A DNA stretch of 64,000 nt from Mobula hypostoma (Eukaryota), in assembly GCF_963921235.1 (NCBI RefSeq), contig NC_086108.1, forward strand, positions 12,586,001 through 12,650,000, in the 5' to 3' direction. The notes beneath the pieces were generated by a model. It was not told where the DNA came from and ran no database searches. It saw nothing but the letters and a program-made list of their open reading frames with translations. Each line of letters opens with the position of its first letter. Position 1 is the stretch's first letter. This document shows positions 60,916-64,000 of the stretch, in pieces. Position numbers and translations under genes: made by a program.

Positions 60916-62105
60916 CATAGAAACATAGAAAACCCACAGCACAATACAGGCCCTTCAACCCACAAAGCTGTGCCAAACATGTCCTTACCTTAGAAATTAC
61001 CTCAGGTTATCCGTAGCCTTCTGTTTTTCTAAGCTCCGTATACCTATCCAGGAGTCTCTTAAAAGACCCTATCGCATCCACCTCCACCACCATTGCCGCC
61101 AGCCCATTCCATGCACTCACCACTCTCTGCTTAAAAAACTTACCCTTGACATCTCCTGTGTACCTACTTCCAAGCACCCCAAAACTGTGTCCTCTTGTGC
61201 TAACTATTTCAACCCTGGGAAAAAGCCTCTGACTAACCACACGATCAATGCCTCTCATCACCTTGTACACCTCTATCAGGTCACCTCTCATCCTCCGTCG
61301 CTCCAAGGAGAAAAGGCCGAGTGCACTCAACCTATTCTCATAAGGCATACTCCCCAATCCAGGCAACATCCTTGTAAATCTCTTCTGCACCCCTTTCATG
61401 GTTTCCACGTCCTTCCTGTAGTGAGGCAACCAGAACTGAGCACAGTACTCCAAGTGGGGTCTGACCAGGGTCCTATATAGCTGCAACATTACCTCTCAGT
61501 TCCTAAACTCATCCCAGGATTGATGAAGGCCAATGCACTGTATGCCTTCTTAACCACACAGTCAACCTGAGCAGCTGCTTTGAGCGTCCTATGGTCTCGG
61601 GCCCCAAGATCCCTCTGATCCTCCACACTGCCAAGAGTCTTACCATTAATACTATATTCTGCCATCATATTTGACCTAACAAAATGAACCACCTCACACT
61701 TATCTGGGTTGAACTCCATCTTCCACTTCTCAGCCCAGTTTTGCATCCTATCAATATCCCACCATTACCTCTGACAGCCCTCCACTCTATCCACAACACC
61801 TCCAACCTGTGTGTCATCATCAAATTTACTCTCCCATCCCTCCACTTCTTCATCCAGGTCATTTATAAAAATCACAAAGAGTAAGGGTCCCAGAACCGAT
61901 CCCTGAGGCACTCCACTGGTCCCCGATCTCCATGCAGAATATGACCCGTCTACAATCAGCCTTTGCCTTCTGTGGGCAAGCCAGTTCTGGATCCACAAAG
62001 CAATGTCTCCTTGGATCCCATGCCTCCTTACTTTCTCAATAAGTCTTACATGGGGTACCTTATCAAATGCCTTGCTGAAATCCATATACACTACATCTAC
62101 TGCTC
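60916..62105 (-). mobile_element. 5'-truncated CR1 RT fragment with tail
   Basis: DFSKAFDKV, GVPQGSVLGP, LYRTLVRPHLEY; (TTTCTATG)n tail. Confidence 0.93.
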
Positions 62106-62309
62106 TACGTTCACCCCCGCTCCCCCAAGTTCACTTTTTAAAAAATTCGGTAAACCTCATTTTCATTCCTCCACAGGTGGAGCTTTCTAATGTTACATCT
62201 CAAAGGTTTCAAAGGTACATTTAATGTCAGAGAAATGTATACAATATGCCTCCTGAAATGCTTTTTCTTCGCAACCATCCACGAAAACAGAGGAGTCATC
62301 TTTGGGTTA

Positions 62310-63032
62310 CATAACACCTGTCAATTCACTTCCATTCAGGGCCCCAAACAGTCCTTCCAGGTGAGGCAATGATTCACCTGTGAATCTGCTGGGGTCGTCC
62401 ATAGTGTGCCTGATGCTCCCAATGCGGCCTCCTCCACATTGGTGAGACCTATCGTAAACTGGGAGAACCACTTCGTCCAGCATTTCTGCTCCATCTGCCA
62501 AAAGTTGAACTTCCTGGTGGTCAAAAATTTTAATTCTAATTCTCAGTCCTGTTCTGACATGTCGGTCCACGGCCTCCTCTTGTGCCACAATGAGTCCACG
62601 CTCAGGGTGGAGGAGCAACACCTTATATTCCGTCTGGGTAGCCTCCAACCTGATGACATGAATATCGATTTCTCATTCCGGTAAGGAAAATATTTTTACC
62701 CTTCACCTTCCCCTCTTCCTCTATTCCCCACTCTGGCCTCTTACTTCTTCTCACCTGCTTATCACCTCTCCCTGGGTCCATTCCTACTTTCCTTTCTCAT
62801 ATGGCCCACTCTCCTCTCCTATCAGATTCCTTTCTCTCCAGCCCTTTACCTTTCCCACTCTCCCCATCCTCCCAGCGTCATACCTCACCTTCAAGCTATC
62901 CTCCTTCCCCTCCCCCTACCTTTTCATTCTGGCATCTTCCCCCTCCCTTCCCAGTCCTGAAGAAGAGTCTCGGCCCAAAATATCGACTGTTCATTAATTT
63001 CCATCAATGCTGTCTGACCTGCTGAGTTCCTC
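62310..63032 (+). mobile_element. Penelope-like 3' fragment (GIY-YIG remnant)
   Basis: SIQGPKQSFQVRQ, RVEEQHLIFRLGSLQP; polypyrimidine UTR; degenerate hammerhead at about 62952-62989. Confidence 0.88.
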
Positions 63033-63430
63033 TAGCAATTTGGGTGGATTGATCTGATATTCCTGACACAGCTGGTGATGATAGGATGTACTGTGGAGTT
63101 AGAGTATATAGCAAATATTAATTTCACCAGCAACCAATCTTCAAATTTGAATGTGGATTGTAGATTGTATTTAAAATGCAGCTCTGTACAAACGTCTCCC
63201 TGAAGCTGCAGGTTAGAATTGATTGCAAACCAGGAAACACTCATTCATTTGATTTCTCCATATGCATGAATACAAGGAGAGAGAGAGAGAGGTGATTAGC
63301 ATTTATTTTGGGTGTCTGGAGTGTGAGTATGAAGAAGGATATAGTTTGAAAACTATATGCAATTGAAAGGAAGCATTGTAGATACATTGTAACTATAGAG
63401 TTGTACTGCTCTTACCAATGATCGTTGGAA

Positions 63431-64000
63431 TAAAGTGCTAGAAAGTTTGTGAACCCTGTAGAATTTTCTCTATTTCTGCATAAATATGACCTAAAATGTG
63501 ATCAAATCTTCACATATGACCTAAAACTAGATAAAGAGAACCCAATTAAATAAATAACACAATATTACATGCATTTGTTGGAAAAAGTATGTGAATCGCT
63601 GGGGTAACGCTTTTTACAAAAGGTATTTGGTGTCAGGTGTTCCAATCAATCAGATGAGATTGGAGGTGTTACTGAAACAGATCTGTTTATGTGCACCATG
63701 CCTTGATCAAAACAACTTTTTAAGGACCTTAGAAGAATTGTAGAGATGCATAAAGCTGGAAAAGGCACTTCCAAAGACCTGAATGTTTATCAGTCCACAG
63801 TAAGAGAAATTGTCTACAAATGGAGGAAACTCAGTGCTGTTGCTACTCTCCCCAGGAGTTGGCATCCTGCAAAGATCACACCAAGAGCACAACATGCAAT
63901 GCTAAAGGAGGTGAAAAAGAACCCAAAAGATCTGTAGAAATCTCTAGAACTTGCTGAAGTCTCTGTTGACTTGTCCACTATAAGAAAAACACTGAGCAAG
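63431..64000 (+). mobile_element. Tc1-like DNA transposon: left TIR and disrupted transposase N-terminus, runs off the window
   Basis: TA-AAGTGCTAGAAAGTTTGTGAACCC TIR-like end; from ATG 63698, paired-like HTH remnant HKAGKG..SK.L.V.QSTVREIVYKW...LPRSWHPAKIT. Confidence 0.85.

Overview
Eukaryotic, almost entirely repeat-derived DNA with no host exon that I can support. The repeat families (CR1, Rex1/Babar, Neptune-type Penelope, HE1/V-SINE) suggest a vertebrate, probably a cartilaginous fish; this is inference. The window holds many nested, mostly decayed elements: CR1 LINEs (one near full length), Rex1/Babar LINEs, Penelope-like elements with minimal hammerhead ribozymes, two two-LTR Gypsy elements, several solo LTRs, Chapaev3, Academ, mariner-MITE and Tc1 DNA transposons, and two minisatellites (24 bp and 26 bp units). 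The most striking feature is a Gypsy element (39897-43834, minus strand) whose RNase H/integrase core is replaced by three non-contiguous pieces of a sarcomeric myosin heavy chain rod, in frame with the RT. Other points of interest are a Sushi-like chromovirus with a self-priming signature and a locally templated inverted patch, a Chapaev3>Academ>Rex1 nest, and a head-to-head Penelope insertion. Family assignments come from motif recognition, not database searches. Boundaries of old fragments are approximate.
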